From positions 28,706,001 to 28,770,000 of the forward strand of contig NC_043004.1 of NCBI RefSeq assembly GCF_006345805.1: DNA of 64,000 nt, written 5' to 3'. Both the position numbers and the translations under genes were made by a program. Under the pieces are notes generated by a model, which saw only the letters and a program-made list of their open reading frames with translations, searched no databases and had not been told where the DNA came from. The first letter of the stretch is position 1. Every line of letters begins with the position of its first letter. The stretch is from Octopus sinensis (Eukaryota). Positions 26,140 to 39,284 of this stretch are shown here, one piece after another.

Positions 26140-26951
26140 ATTTCTTTATTTCCCACAGGGGGGATAAACATAGAGGAGACAAACAAGGACAGACAAAAGG
26201 GTTAAGTCGATTACACTCCAGTGCGTAACTGGTACTTATTTAATCGATCCCAGAACGTAAAGATAGACGAAATACCTATTTCTTTACTACCCACAAGGGG
26301 CTACACACAGAGGGGACAAACAAGGACAGACAAACGGATTAAGTCAATTACATCGACCCCAGTGCGTAACTGGTAATTATTTAATCGACCCCGAAAGGAT
26401 GAAAAGCAAAGTCGACCTGGGCGGAATTTGAACACAGAACGTAGCGGCAGACGAAATACCGCTAAGCATTTTGCTCTGTGTGCTAATAATAATAATCTTT
26501 TCCACTTAATAATAATAATAATCTTTTCTACTTAAGACACAAGACCTGAAATTTGGGGTTAAGGAATAAGTCGATTACATCGACCCCATTACGTAACTGG
26601 TACTTATTTAATCCACTCCGAAAGGATGAAAGGCAAAGACGACCACGGCGGAATTTGAACTTAGAACATAGCGACAGAAGAAACACCGCTCAGTGCTTCG
26701 TTCGGCGTGCTAAGCCAACTCGCCGCCTTAATGGTAATAATAATTATAACCTTTTTTATAAAAGCACAAGGGCTGAAATTTGGGGGAAGGGGACCCCAGT
26801 GTTCAGCTGATGCTTATTTTATCGACACAAAAAGTATGAAAGGCAAATCTACCTGGGCGGAATTTGAACACAAAGACTTAGGACAGACGAAATGCCGCTG
26901 AGCATCTTACCCGGCGTGCTAGCTCTTACCCGATTCTGCTAGCTCGCCGCC

Positions 26952-27006
<55 letters not shown>

Positions 27007-27116
27007 TGATGATGATGATGATGTGATGGTGATGGTGATGGTGATGACGATGACGATGACGGTGACGATGATGATGATGATGATGGTGATGGTGATGGTG
27101 GCGATGATGATGGTGG

Positions 27117-27156
<40 letters not shown>

Positions 27157-27215
27157 CCTTTCAAGTGAAGCACAAGGCCTCAAATTTAGGGAAAGGGTTT
27201 AAGTCGAATACATAA
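26140..27215 (-). mobile_element. Five minus-strand SINE family B copies or fragments
   Basis: About 26140-26265, 26268-26486, 26505-26729, 26750-26953, 27157-27215; same core in reverse. Confidence 0.9.
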
Positions 27216-27239
27216 GCTATAGAGCTTATATCGAACCGG

Positions 27240-29640
27240 CAGCCTCCACACCTACCCCGGTAGCACTACCAGGCCAGTGATTTCTGAAAGTTATCCATAT
27301 TTCCCGTCCAGAAAGTCCTCCGGAAGAGACCAGCCAATTGATGCCCCTCGGCGACTAGGAGCTCTCCGAGTCCGTCGTCGATCTTGCTCTCCACAAATCC
27401 CCTATAGATCTCCAAGGTGGAACTTCCACCAACCGCATTGCCCGACTAGCCGAGGGCTGTGAGCGCTTGGAGATACTCTAGGTGCCAAGCGCCTTTCCTC
27501 GGTCTGCGCCTGATCCAAGACTGTAGCTATATCAAGGATATGAATGGCGAAAAGCGCGTTCAACAAACGACGACCACACCTGATCACCGTTAAGCTGGAG
27601 ATGTCGCAGCCACGACATGCCCAATCTTCCACGCAACGAGTGCTGACATTGGTACCTGTCCCCTCCACAAGAAGCGGAAAAGCAAACGCACCAACACGTT
27701 CAGCAAGGAAGAGGGGCAAGGGACGACAGTCAAGCGATAGTGTATACGGATGCGATGTACACATTCGCTATCTCTACCCGACCTTTCAGGGACAGCTTCC
27801 TCTCGGAGATTCGGACTGAACAAGACACCGACCAACTTAAGAGGTCCTTCTGTGCAGTACCCCACAGCTCTGTCGGTTGGCATGGGCCTGTTTCTCCAGG
27901 TGCCGATCCGCAGGCCCACTAATTTCTCCTGGTTCACCATTGCTCCTATCATCGCTTCGTATTCCCTTAGGGATGTGCCGACCATCTCGATTTCCAAGAT
28001 ACCGACACTATCACGGTAACGTCGTCGGCATACGTCGACACGAACCTTCCGCATACCAGTTCACGCGGGATGCCTCTCGAAACCTCCAGCTTCCGCAGTA
28101 ATGGCTCGAGTGCCAATACATAGAGAAAGGGTGAGAGTAACGAACCGGACGTGCGATACTAAACGATTCCGAGAGGTGGTCATTTATTTTGACCACCGAA
28201 CAGATGTCGCTGTACATTGCAGCGATCTAGCCTCTGAAAACGGGAACGAAATCAGCCGCCTTAAGAACAGCCTCCAAGTACAAATGGTTGATCCTATCAA
28301 AAGCTTTCGATTGATTAAAATGGAGCAGGGACCCCCTCCCCCCCTATGCCAGGTTCTTTACCAACCCGCTCTATGATGTATCGCGTGAGGTGGACGCTGT
28401 CGGGAATAGTTCTGCTGGGGATAGCGCAAGTCTGCAGATCATCCACCAGTCTATCAACAAGTGCCACCCTCTTTGCTAACACCTTGGCCAAAGTTTTGTA
28501 ATTTATATTTCGTAGAGTTGTCGGCCTAAAGTTACCAACAATCTCCCGCTTGTTCGGATCCTTTCTCAATAGCGTCACCATACCTCGGCTCACAGCTCCG
28601 AGTATTCTCCCATTCTGCTGCTAGTTGCAGTAGACGTCTCCCAAAAGCTCACCAAACAAGTCTGGCATATGTATATAAAACTCGAAGGGCAGACCATCCA
28701 ATCACTCTCATGGAACTAGCCAACGTGTCACGTATATCTTCAGCTGTTATCGGTATTTCGCAGAACTCCACGTCCCTGGCCGAAAGTCGCAGCATACCAT
28801 CAAGGCAGGAATTCACCTCCACCTCGGGCCACCGCGCGCCCCGTACGGTTCAGCAAAGTGCCGCTGAAGTGGCTAAGCTGGTCTCTGAAAGTTTGACGCG
28901 CCGGGAAGAACGCGTTCAGCTTCCAGTATCCGGATCCCTGCCTATGGAGCCTATCTAGGCCAACCGTACAGATCACAAATTTGTGGTCTATGTAGTTGAC
29001 GAATTCAAATTGTGGACACCCTATGCTATTCCTATCTGCTGGCCTACAAAATATCCTATCTAGAAAAGGTCTGGACGACTCGACACTGTTTGCCCATGTC
29101 CATACTGGAGTGTTCGGGAAATCCACTCTGAACCTGTCCGTTACCTGGAAACGATTGAACAGGTTTGCGAGGCTTGCGCACCTCCCTTTCTTATCCGCTA
29201 TACCCAACCAATCCACACGTGCATCCAAGATGGCGTTCTAATCGCCCACTGACACTAAAAGAGCGAGACATCCTTAGAAAGGCCTCCGGCGTCTGAAGAA
29301 ATCCTGCTGCCCCGCTCCAGTCGATGCGTATACTGCGACCAGTTTAAAAGCGCTGCCTTCGTTATCGTTCGCGTCCAAGAACACCGACTTACCTTCCGAG
29401 TCCAAGAAGACCGACCGTATCTCAAGATCCAGGCCTTTTCTGAACAACTCTGCCACCCCACCTTCCATTCCCGATCGATTAAGATGTGAAAATCTCAAAG
29501 TCCACGAAAATAGGAGTCAAAGCCCGTGTGTCCGTGATCCTGGTCTCACTGACGGCTATTACATCCAGTATTCACTCTATATTGAGTGAGAAAACGGTAT
29601 GGACGGATTTTTGGAGTCCAATAATACCCTGTACGCCTAT
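27240..29640 (-). mobile_element. Degenerate L1/Tx1-clade LINE ORF2 (APE + RT)
   Basis: DVIAVSETRI, LVAVYA, WTW..SRPFLDRIF, DHK, GYWKLN, NFRPTTLRNINYKTLAKVLAKR, YADDVTV; frameshifts and deletions. Confidence 0.92.
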
Positions 29641-29909
29641 TTGATTATGAAGATTTACAAACATACTTTCCCAGTGATACTCAGTTTACCTACCATTATA
29701 AATAATACCAAATGTTCTTTCTCAAACCTTTCATAATGTGATACAAGTCTTTGGTGTAGCAATTGCATGCGGCTGAAGAGGGCTTTTAAACTATTTGTTA
29801 TGTCGATTATGCATTGATGTAAGAATAAGTTGTTCTATAAAGCACGAAACATGTGCACCGCGACATCCTTTGTGTCCTGTTTTTCATTTTATTTCATTTG
29901 ATACATATA

Positions 29910-29945
<36 letters not shown>

Positions 29946-30072
29946 TGTATGTATGTATATAGTATATATGGGTGTATATATATATGTGTGTGTGTGTATT
30001 TATATGTATGTGTGTGTGTCTTTGTGTCTGTGTTTGTCCCCTTACTATCGCTTGACACCCGATATTGGTGTG

Positions 30073-30104
<32 letters not shown>

Positions 30105-30952
30105 CATACATACATACATACATACATACATACATACATACATACATACATACATGCATACATACATACATACATATATACATACATTGACTCCTCTTGC
30201 AACATCACAATATCCCATAGTGCATTTTCAGTACTAGTATTGATTCCAACGTTTGTGACTCGCCTGTGGAAGAAATCCACTTCATAGACATTAGAACCCG
30301 CAAGATTCTAACATCAAATGGAAATCTCCACAAAAACAATGATATCGACAGGGTCTACCTAAGAAGAAATAAAGGAGGTAAGGGCTTGAGATTAGTGCAG
30401 ACAGCCTTCGAATGTCGTATAGCATTTCTCAGACAACACTTGCTAAACAACAGTAGCAAAAATAAATACAATAAATTAGCGCTGAATAGTGAAGAAAACA
30501 TTATTGTAAGTGTTGGAAGTGAGTTCCTCGGGAAGTACTCTCTTCATGATGACCTCCCATACAACCCCAAATCAGCCGGACAAACATACCACAAAGAAGA
30601 CCTGGAAGGGAAACTCTCAGCATACCAAGAACAAAAAAATGACTATGCAAGGGTATGTTTCTCGTAGACTTGAAGAAGATAGCAACATTGGCATCAAGGG
30701 AAGCCTCACTTGGACACATGGCCACTACGTCACATCACACTTCGAAGGCTCGGCAATTGCAATCCAAGAACATGAGATTGCTAGTAAATACTCGATCAAA
30801 GACAATGAAACCCTTGGAGTTCCAAGATGCAACCGTAAATGTAGATTATATCAAGTTTTTCTGGAAGGCATAACACATGTGATTAGCAGCTGCCCAAAAA
30901 TGGTATCAAGCTCCTACTTCCCTATGAGACATGACGTTGTCATAAAAAAAAT

Positions 30953-31165
30953 ATGTGTCTGTGTTTGTCACCCTAGCATTGCTTGACAACCGCTGCTGGT
31001 GTGTTTACGTCCCTGTCACTTAGCGGTTCGGCAAAAGAGACCGATAGAATAAGTACTGGGCTTACAAAGAATAAGTCCCGGGGTCGATTTGCTCGACTAA
31101 AAGGCGGTGCTCCAGCATGGCTGCAGTCAAATGACTGAAACAAGTAAAAGAGTAAAGAGTAAAGA
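30953..31165 (+). mobile_element. 3' half of SINE family A nested in the RLE LINE
   Basis: Matches 2940-3128; splits the LINE just after RHDVV. Confidence 0.9.
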
Positions 31166-31459
31166 GTATACAGCCATCCGAAAAAAGACTGTCCGGGAAT
31201 AAATATAGAGAATCCCCCTGTTATTGAATACTTACACAAATGCCAACACAAGGAAAACTGGTGGAACACTTCCATCAAGAGAGTAAACATAACAAGCCGG
31301 GTATTTTTGTTTGAGATAGACAAGAAAAAGTATGAACTTGTCATAGAGGTCAGCTCTCCTGCTAATGCAAATATCTCTTTGAAAGTCAAAAAAAAAAAGA
31401 AGATAACTATGGACTACTGCTTTCAAGCCTCCAGCTTCTATATCCGGATTACAGACCCC

Positions 31460-31780
31460 CTTGAATGACCATGGGATTGCACCTAGAAAGTTACCCTCCT
31501 AGACACAAGTCCGGGCAAGGTTGTTTATGGAAGACCAGCAGTCGCCCATGCATACCAGCCTCCCCTCTCCACGCCACCAGTCTTATCCAAGGGAAAGACA
31601 AAGGTCGATACAGCTTGGCACCAGTGACGTCGCAACTCATTTCTACAGCTGAGTGAACTGGAGCAACGTAAAATAAAGTGCCTTGCTCAAGAACACAACA
31701 CGCAGCCCGGTCCGGGATTCGAGCTCACAACCTCACGATCGTAAGCTCGATGCTCTAACCACTGAGCCATGCGCCTTCAC
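31460..31780 (-). mobile_element. SINE family D (tRNA-Arg-like head), nested in the RLE LINE
   Basis: Minus head GGCGCATGGCTCAGTGGTTAGAGCATCGAGCTTACGATCGTGAGGTTGTGAGCTCGAATCCCGG followed by TTCTTGAGCAAGGCAC. Confidence 0.9.
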
Positions 31781-32059
31781 TGGTATAAATTTACATTTAT
31801 ACCAGTAATAATTGGAGCACTTGGTTTTCTAAGTTTCCCTAACTGTCAGTCTGGATAAGCTTGGATTTACAGAAAAAAGTAATCAACCAACTGATTAGCA
31901 CGCTTACAAATACAATCTATAAGCAAAACAATAAATCTATTCGAGACTTTTCCCAGGTTTAAAATGTGACATTGTTTCCGCTAACTACATTCCAAAGATG
32001 AGGCTTTGAATATTTTAGAAATCATCTCCTTCTTCAGAGGAAGAATTCAAATGATTAAA

Positions 32060-33940
32060 TACAAAAGGCATACATATAGTGATATCGCCAGGCTCCTCCT
32101 AAGAAGAGATGAAGGGGGTAGAAGTTTGAGATCAGTGCAGACAGCCTTCGAATGTCGTATAGTCTCTCCCAGACAGCATTGCTAAGCAACAGCAGTTTAA
32201 AATAGATACATTAGCCTCGTGTTAAAAAGCGAAGAGAAGAACATCCTACCGGTTGGCAGTGAGCTCGTCAGAAAACGCTCTCTTCCTGACGATTTCCCAT
32301 AGAACCTCAAAGTAGTTGGACTAACACACCTCAAAGAAACGCTTGTAGTGGATGTGTGTGTGTATTAATAAATACATAAGTTGTTTCGTGATTAAATAGA
32401 GATTTATTTACACTACATAAATTTTGTAAGCAATGCTACGCATTGCTTGTACAGAATACATATTAAAGAAGAATATGTTTGCGTGTGTGTGTGTGTGAGT
32501 AAATCATTCAGGACAGTAACCTGTAGGCATATTCTCTAGTCGTCTCCAAAACGCGGGGTGTCTGCTTGAGCGTCAGCTCCGATTGTCTGTTTCTCTAGCC
32601 GTTTTTCCCTTTCTATTTATAAAATCTCAAACAGCCAGAAAAACAGACATATCGCAACAAAGTTACTGTTTAAGTAGGTCATCGTTCGTCCACTTGAACT
32701 TCGCTTGACATGGCTCAGGTCGGAGGTCAAAGGGAGACGCTCATCATACCTCATCACCATCACTGCCCCCCCCCAAAAAAAAAGACTATGAATGTTCATG
32801 TTTCCGGAAGACTTGAAGAAGACAGCAAGACCGACATTAAACGCAACCTCTCTCTCGACTCGTTACCGCTACTTCACATTGTACTTCGAAAGATTTGCCA
32901 AGAACAGGGGATTGCTACGAAATACCTAATAAACATAAGATACAGTGAAGCACTTGGAGCTCCAAGGTGAAACCATAAATGTAGATTATGTCATAGTTCT
33001 ATAGAAGATATTACACGTGGTTCGCAGCTGCCTAAAAAATTACATAAAGGTACTTACAACTCTTTGCGATAGAACGTTATCACCTGAACAATTTACAATG
33101 CCATTCGAAAAAAAGACTGTCCTGGAATAAATATAGAGAATTCCCCCCTGTAATGGAATACATACACAAACATTAGTACAAGGGATATTAGTGGAACATT
33201 CCCATTAAAACTTCAGTCAAGTGTAAAGATAACAGGTAGGATGCTGTTGTTTGGGCAAACAAGAATAAGTATGTACCATCATAGATGTCAGCTCTCCCGT
33301 TGATGTAAATAGCTCTTTGAATACGAGAGTAAAAGAGGATGTCTGGAAAACTGCTCCCAAACTCCCAGCTCCTATATCCAGATTTTAAACTCACATTTAT
33401 ACCAATAACAAGGGCACACTTGCTTCGTTTCCTTTTTTTAGTTTGCAAAATTCTTGATGTGAATTTGTGTGTTGAAATAAATTTTTTTGTGTCTTGGGAA
33501 AGTCATTATGCCAATGATAACACACGTACAGGTTCAATTCCACTTCCTTATTGTTAGTTAATTGGTTAAATGTCTAACCAGCTAACTTATCGATCGTTTG
33601 TTCAAAATGTTAGCTAAGCAATTAATCGATTGCTTGTTAATCAAAGCTCAAACCGATTGATTGTTTAACCTGCACATTAAACAAACGATCGATTAGTTTG
33701 TTAGATATTTAAACAATTGACTAACAGTGAAAAAAGTGGAATTCAAGCTATGCTTGTGTTATTATTATTGCTAAGACAACAAAAAATGATGTGCTTTGTT
33801 TTGTAAGTAAATGCCTAAGTGAGAATCTGGATAAGCTGGAGTTATCAAGGAGAAAAAAATCATTACAAATTCAATATACAAGTAGAAAAGCAAAAATATG
33901 CAAGGTTTTTCTTAAGTTCAGGATATTATCTACTTTTCAA
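32060..33940 (+). mobile_element. RLE-type LINE 3' part, copy 2 (more degenerate)
   Basis: Collinear with copy 1 (GTGCAGACAGCCTTCGAATGTCGTATAG, AGACTTGAAGAAGA, GGAATAAATATAGAGAAT, GTCAGCTCTCC). Confidence 0.85.
33552..33726. mobile_element. Foldback/MITE-like imperfect inverted repeat
   Basis: TGTTAGTTAATTGGTTAAATGTCTAAC..ATCGATCGTTTGTT pairs with AACAAACGATCGAT..GTTAGATATTTAAACAATTGACTAACA. Confidence 0.7.
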
Positions 33941-34162
33941 CGATGGAGCTTTGTATCTTTGTTAGAAACCAGCTCCTTTCTCATAAGAAGACTTGTAATA
34001 ATTAAAAACAGACGAGAACAAATATACTTACATACTAGTGCATAGACATACGCGAACACATACAAATACACATACGCACACATACACGCATACACACCTA
34101 ATCCAGTATCACTGAGAAAACTCGATGACTTATAAGAATTTCGCCAAGTCTAATATATATAA

Positions 34163-34562
34163 CTAGCAGTATCGCCCGGCGTTGCTCGGGTTTGTAAGGG
34201 AAATAACTATATAAGCATTTTCAGAGAGTTATAGCAAAAAAATAGTAAAAAAATGCATTAAAAATGGAAAACAAATTATGGTAAATTTTTTTTTAAATCG
34301 TTGACTCATCGTAGACATTTTTAGAGAGTTACTTCCCTTATATAATAGCGAAAAAATGCATTAAAATGGAAAAAAAATGATGGTAAATTTTTTTTTTTAA
34401 TCGTAGACTCATCGTAGACGCGCGCTAATACCCAGAAGGGCTCGATATGAATCACGACTATAAGATACCCGGTTTTGGTTAAACTGCACCGCAAAATGTG
34501 GGAGTAGTTAGGAATCTAAATCGTAGGAGACAGACACACAACTTCACTTTTATATATAAAGA
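34163..34562 (-). mobile_element. Complete 400-bp non-autonomous Helitron
   Basis: 5' TC(TTTATATATAAAAGTG), 3' CCCGAGCAACGCCGGG hairpin + ATACTGCTAG, inserted between A and T. Confidence 0.85.
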
Positions 34563-34903
34563 TGAATCAGTTTAAGAAAAACAGAGAACAGAGAATATCC
34601 AATTTTTTATTACGCCGTCAATTATGTTCTATTTTTTTGTCTGCATAATACAAAATTGGATATTCACTTTTCTCTTTTCATTGAACTGATTCATCATTAT
34701 TTCTCCTGTATCGAAAAGCATACAGTCTGTATAGAAACAAATGAGAATGTTCGAAGAATAGTTAAACCAACCAACTGAAGGTACATAAGCTCATGAATAA
34801 TAACCAGCATGATCAATCGGTAGAAATGCATATTGGTACCCGCTTGGATTATATATCCCCATCAACCAAAAGTGTTGGAAGATTTGGGAAACTAGACTAT
34901 ATA

Positions 34904-34974
<71 letters not shown>

Positions 34975-34975
34975 T

Positions 34976-35006
<31 letters not shown>

Positions 35007-35081
35007 GTTTATATATATGTATATGTTCAAGTATATGCATATGTGTGTGTGTGTGTGTGTGTGAGTGTGTGTGTGTGTGTT

Positions 35082-35118
<37 letters not shown>

Positions 35119-35584
35119 TGTGCGTGTGTGTGTGTTATTTTGGCATGTTCGCCTCGCAAGCGGAGTGGCATCATTCAAAATTTAAAGCAATGCAAGCGCA
35201 TTATGACCAACGATGTATAACAACATCCGGTAGTCTGGTCGTATGTATGTATGTATGTATGTATGTATGCTTTACCTTACATAGATATAAAGACACAGGT
35301 ATGCACAGAAATCTTGTTTTGTGCACGCACATATTTATGCTTGTGTATGTATGTGTACATATTTATATATATATATATATAAATTTAAATGTTGAAGTGA
35401 ATCTAATGGTTTTTGTGTGTTTCTTAAATGGCTTATAAACGCCTTCCACGCTGCAATTGTTTTCGTTCCAGCACACGATCTCAGATCAAGTCACTCGCTA
35501 TGCAAATACATCTCCGTAATATATATATATACACATACACATATATATGCATACGTATATATATACATATATATATATACATAC

Positions 35585-35615
<31 letters not shown>

Positions 35616-35689
35616 CATACATATATATATATAAATATAAATATACAATATATATATACAATATATATATTTATATAATATAAATATGC

Positions 35690-35942
35690 GGAGGCGAAAT
35701 GGCCTAGTGGTTAGGGCAGCGGACTCGCGGTCGAAGGATCGCGGTTTCGATTCCCAGACCGGGCGTTGTGAGTGTTTATTGAGCAAAAACACATAAAAGC
35801 TCCACGACGCTCCGGCAGGGGGTGGTGATCCCTGCTGTATTCTTTCACCACTCTTTCTTCTGTTGGCCTGCTCGCTTAGCCAGCGGGGTGGCGTCATTCG
35901 AACGCATTGTGATGGCCTGGTCGGTCACGTGATCACGTGATA
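35690..35942 (+). mobile_element. SINE family C
   Basis: tRNA-like head with A and B boxes, ends GATCACGTGATA; small internal deletion relative to 4527-4812. Confidence 0.9.
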
Positions 35943-36669
35943 TATAAATATATATGTATGTGTGTATACATTAAACACACACACACATAGAATGTTTGGG
36001 CTAAGTTTGACGATTTATATATCTCTCCTTTTCTCAGGAACAGATTGATGTATAGGCTAACAACGAACGGCGTAGATTAAAGTTGAAATCGAGAAAAAGT
36101 TAGGTAAGATAGAGGAGTGGATGCTATCTGAATATTGGAAAAGAGCTACCTCTATCTTAACGACTCACATCGGATGTCAAAATGCGCACCATCATAAGTA
36201 CAACCCAGTGCTCTTTGAATACTTTAAGAGCTGTAAAATGTGACATAGGCAGGCTGCGACGGAGACTGCGACACCGTGGCTACAAGAGAGGGACACGGCA
36301 AGCGTTGTAACTGCGTCCGCACGCCAGAAATACATCTCCACAAACAGGAACCTAGCTCACCGCGTTTCAATTTACAATATAATACAAAAGACAAAACAAT
36401 ACAAAAGAAAAGGTGAACCACATTTTCGAAATCTATTGTTATATTTTAGGAAATATTGTTCTTGTTATATAGACTCAAATTTAATTATAATGAAAAGCGT
36501 TGAAGTCATGACCATTCTGACTTCTTAGAGCGTAATCTAAGACAAAATTTTCTACTGTTTCATTATTATATCAAGTGAGAAGTGTGTTTCAATTGATAGT
36601 GATTTGGCTGCTGTTTCTCTCAGAACAACCGACCACATAAAACCTGTTCGCTATGGTGTATAAACAGTT

Positions 36670-37060
36670 CAAACGGTTATGTGAAGCTAGTGAAGATTAT
36701 AATCAATCCCTGACTGGAGAGAGTAGCTGTTGGTAGAGGGAAGGCCATGTGTGGCAGAATGATTCGACTCCTTGTCATACCTCTGGAAAAGTCAGAAGTG
36801 GTCATCAGAGAATTTTCAGAGCTACTAAATTTCTCCCATTGTAATCCCGTGACTATCATGTATGCAACCCTGTTGAGAAAGATGCAAACAGGGCCCAACT
36901 GGTGGTCAAGATCAAAGGGACTTCGAAGATCTTCCCAGGAAAACAGAGAGGGGCAACGCAAGCGTCATATTCTAGAGTCATCATGTTCTGAAGTCGCCAT
37001 ATTCTTGATACCGCGGTGAAAACTGAGAGTGGCTACTTTGGAGAAAATGTTATCTCCCAG
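36670..37060 (+). mobile_element. Old maT-like transposase fragment
   Basis: Frameshifted VWQNDSTPCHTSGKSQKWSSENF equivalent to the WQQDSAPCHTS motif. Confidence 0.7.
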
Positions 37061-37431
37061 GCATAATCTAGTTGATATTTTAAGCTTTTTTTTATGCATT
37101 TATTTTAGGATGGGATATTTTCTGTTTCTGACAAATTTAGCCCAAATACGTATATGTTTAAGTATCTATGTATCTGTATGTCTGTATGTCTGTCTGTCTA
37201 TCTGTCTGTCTGCCTACCTGTCTATTTGTCTGTCTGTCAATGTATAAATATATGTATATATATATATATATATTTCCCTCTACACCTGCGCGAATTATTT
37301 TTGAGTATACATTGTCTGGGAGACTTTTCTTATAGTAGAGGAAATAGCTAAAATTTGTTGGGTGCTATTTCTAAAAGTTCGGTGTGTGGTAAAGTAAATT
37401 ATTTTACTGAACCCTAATTATATAACGTAAT

Positions 37432-37476
<45 letters not shown>

Positions 37477-37488
37477 AATATATATATA

Positions 37489-37676
37489 TCTTTATATATA
37501 AAAGTGAAGTTGTGTGTCTGTCTCCTACGATTTAGATTCCTAACTACTCCCACATTTTGCGGTCCAGTTTAACCAAAACCGGGTATCTTATAGTCGTGAT
37601 TCATATCGAGCCCTTCTGGGTATTAGCGCGCGTCTACGATGAGTTTACGATTTAAAAAAAAATTTACCATCATTTT
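37489..37676 (+). mobile_element. 5' part of the same Helitron family as 34163-34562
   Basis: A|TCTTTATATATAAAAGTGAAGTTGTGTGTCTGTCTCCTACG near-identical, truncated. Confidence 0.9.
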
Positions 37677-37697
37677 ATGTGTGTGTGTGTGTATGTG

Positions 37698-37766
<69 letters not shown>

Positions 37767-37790
37767 TATATTATATATATATATACATAC

Positions 37791-37868
<78 letters not shown>

Positions 37869-38033
37869 CATACACACATATATATGTATATATATATATA
37901 TATATACATACGTGTGTATATAATATATATATATATATATATACATACACACATATATATATGTGTGTGTATGTATATATATATATACATACATGTGTAT
38001 ATTATATTATCTATATACATACGTGTGTATATA

Positions 38034-38112
<79 letters not shown>

Positions 38113-38492
38113 CATGTGTATATAATATATATATATATAACAAGTAAACTAGATCGTTAAGAAAATCTCTATTAGAGACGAAAGCAGTATTTATACTGAG
38201 ACGTAATGTTTATTCCCATCTATACATTACATACATAGTGAGATAGATACATAGATACGTAGATAAATGGATGGATGGATGGATGCAGATATATCGTAAG
38301 AATATATACATATAAACATTGTACATATATATGTCTATATATGTGTATATGTGTGTATGCATGTATATATATATATATTCATATATATATGTGTGTGTTT
38401 GTGTGCGTGTGAATGCGCGCGTGTGTGTGTGCGTTTGTGTGTGTAAATATATATGAATATATTATACATATATTTGTAAGCATATGTATTTA

Positions 38493-38548
<56 letters not shown>

Positions 38549-38564
38549 TATATACGTAAGCACG

Positions 38565-38770
38565 CCAGGCGAAATGCTTTGCGGTATTTCGTCTGCCGTA
38601 ACGTTCTGAGTTCAAATTCCGCCGAGGTCGACTTTGCCTTTCATCCTTTCGGGGTCGATAAATAAAGTACGAGTTTCGCACTGGGGTCGATGTAATCGGC
38701 TTAATCCCTTTTACTGTCCTTGTTTGTCTCCTCTATGTTTAGCCCCTTGTGAGCAGTAAAGAAATATATA
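38565..38770 (+). mobile_element. SINE family B
   Basis: Core and tail as 41786-42016. Confidence 0.9.
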
Positions 38771-38793
38771 TAGATAGATAGATAGATAGATAT

Positions 38794-38826
<33 letters not shown>

Positions 38827-38829
38827 TCA

Positions 38830-38970
38830 ACTGTGTGGTTAAAACTTGCTTCACAACCACATAGTCCCAGGTTCAGTCCCGCTGTGTGGCACCTTGAGCA
38901 AGTGCCTTAAACTCTTGTGAGTAGATTTAGTAGACGGAAGCTGAAAGAAACTTATCATATATATATGTGT
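38830..38970 (+). mobile_element. 5' half of SINE family A
   Basis: GTGTGGTT..GGTTCAGTCCC..CACCTTGAGCAAGT..GACGGAAGCTGAAAGAA. Confidence 0.8.
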
Positions 38971-39074
38971 GTGTGGGAGGTGAGGTGGTCGATTTCGACG
39001 TATGAGTGTTTGAAGGAGAGGGTTATATGTTTTAAAAAAAGGGTACTCACACCCTAGTTCCTGCTATCTTTCTT

Positions 39075-39250
39075 TTATTTTATTTTACTTTTACTCTTTT
39101 ACTCTTTTACTGGAGCAAATCGACCCCGGGACTTATTCTTTGTAAGCCCAGTACTTATTCTATCGGTTTTTTTTTTGCTAAACCACTAAGTGACGGGGAC
39201 GTAAACACACCAGCATCGGTTGTCAAGCAATGCTAGGGGGACAAACACAA

Positions 39251-39284
<34 letters not shown>

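Larger units (their letters stand above)
30200..31960 (+). mobile_element. RLE-type LINE 3' part, copy 1, interrupted by two SINEs
   Basis: DIDRVYLRRNKGGKGL, SHFEGSAIAIQEHEI, KCRL..ITHVISSCP..MRHD, IEVSSP, IIGALG. Confidence 0.88.

Noticed and set aside
24570-27215. Repeat-spacer pattern resembling a CRISPR array
   Set aside because: Units are 200-bp SINEs in both orientations with microsatellite spacers, in a eukaryotic context with no cas genes
31710-31780. tRNA gene (also heads at 2730, 35690, 54812)
   Set aside because: tRNA-like heads run directly into SINE bodies and lack a proper acceptor stem
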